Both the position numbers and the translations under genes were made by a program. 64,000 nt of DNA from Podarcis bocagei (lineage: Eukaryota), in assembly GCA_964188305.1 (NCBI GenBank), contig OZ076886.1, one strand, 5' to 3'. Below, piece after piece: positions 63,125 to 64,000 of the stretch. The first letter of the stretch is position 1. Every line of letters starts with the position of its first letter. The notes below the pieces were generated by a model. It was not told where the DNA came from and made no database searches. It was given only the letters and a program-made list of their open reading frames with translations.

Positions 63125-63552
63125 CTGTATTTTTCGCCCTATAGGACGCACTTTTTCCCGTTCAAAAATGAAAAGGAAATGTGTGTGCGTCCTATGGGGC
63201 GAATGCAGGCTTCAGGAAGCTATCCGCAAGCCTTGGGAGCCCGCGGGAGTTCCCGCCGGGCTCCCAAGGCTTGCGGACAGCAGCCTGCATCCCGAAGCCT
63301 GGGGCGCGCAGCGGAGCGCACCCCGGGCTTCGGGCAGCTCTCCGCAAGCCTGGAGAGACCGGCGCGACTTCCCGCTAGGCTCCCTAGGCTTGCAGACAGC
63401 AGCCTGTTCTGGGGGCTGGGGTGGTGGAAGCTCGGGCTTCCCCCGCCCCAGCCCCGTGCCTGGGGGGGAATAAACTTTTTTTCCTTTATTTCCCCCCAAA
63501 AAAACTAGGTGCACCCTATGGGCCGGTGCGCCCTATGGGGCGAAAAATACAG
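63125..63552. mobile_element. Tc2/Kanga-like MITE
   Basis: TA|ctgtatttttcgccctatagg...cctatggggcgaaaaatacag|TA. Confidence 0.88.
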
Positions 63553-64000
63553 TAAACATAGTGATTTGCTAACAAAATTGAAAGCTTCTAGTCTCCTCAC
63601 TGAGGCCATACAAGAGGTGTTTTGCTCAAAGAAGGGGAAGAACTTGTATCTCCCATATCAAAGGCCTTATCAAAGCAGCCAGTTTTCCTTGCTGCAAAGG
63701 AAGCACTAGTACTATGTTTGTGTGCTATAAAACCATTTCAGTCACATTGAATGCATGTTGTGACTTTGGCCTGCTTCATACACCACAAGAAAACTATGAA
63801 TGCAAGCTGGAATGTTCATCCAATTCTGTACCATACCTTTGTGTACCCATTTTCCCTGTAAGGAGTTAAGCACTTTTAATAAAGTGGAGTATGCTTAAAA
63901 GCTGTTTTTCCAGATCAGTGCATCTATGGCACCACAAATGCCTGCCAAGTTTAGTGCAAAAAACAACTTAGATGAGCAAATTAATCTTTAATACATAAAA

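Noticed and set aside
51552-64000. WWC1 exon 1 (MPRPELPLPEGWEEARD-like)
   Set aside because: Not found; the CpG-rich block at 54 kb is transposon cargo, so exon 1 should lie beyond the window.

Overview
Vertebrate genomic DNA, most likely a lacertid lizard (Sauria SINEs, BovB tails, tRNA/CR1-tail SINEs, many hAT and Tc1/mariner MITEs). Two protein-coding genes lie on the minus strand in the same tandem order as in human. WWC1/KIBRA has coding exons 2-23 at 51551->8041, all traced by hand with consistent splice phases; exon 1 lies beyond the right edge. RARS1 has a CpG-island promoter and coding exons 1-3 at 4353->235 and continues off the left edge. Most interesting: (1) a 1.42-kb hAT element with a perfect 8-bp TSD in WWC1 intron 1 that appears to carry a captured CpG-island promoter, first exon and intron piece (Pack-TIR-like); (2) a candidate alternative coding first exon in intron 2 that would give a KIBRA without intact WW domains; (3) a minimal hammerhead ribozyme motif in a Penelope fragment, in WWC1 sense; (4) a GC-AG intron and lineage changes in KIBRA motifs (VDDV C-terminus, two missing phosphosites). 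Family names and human comparisons come from recall, not from database searches.
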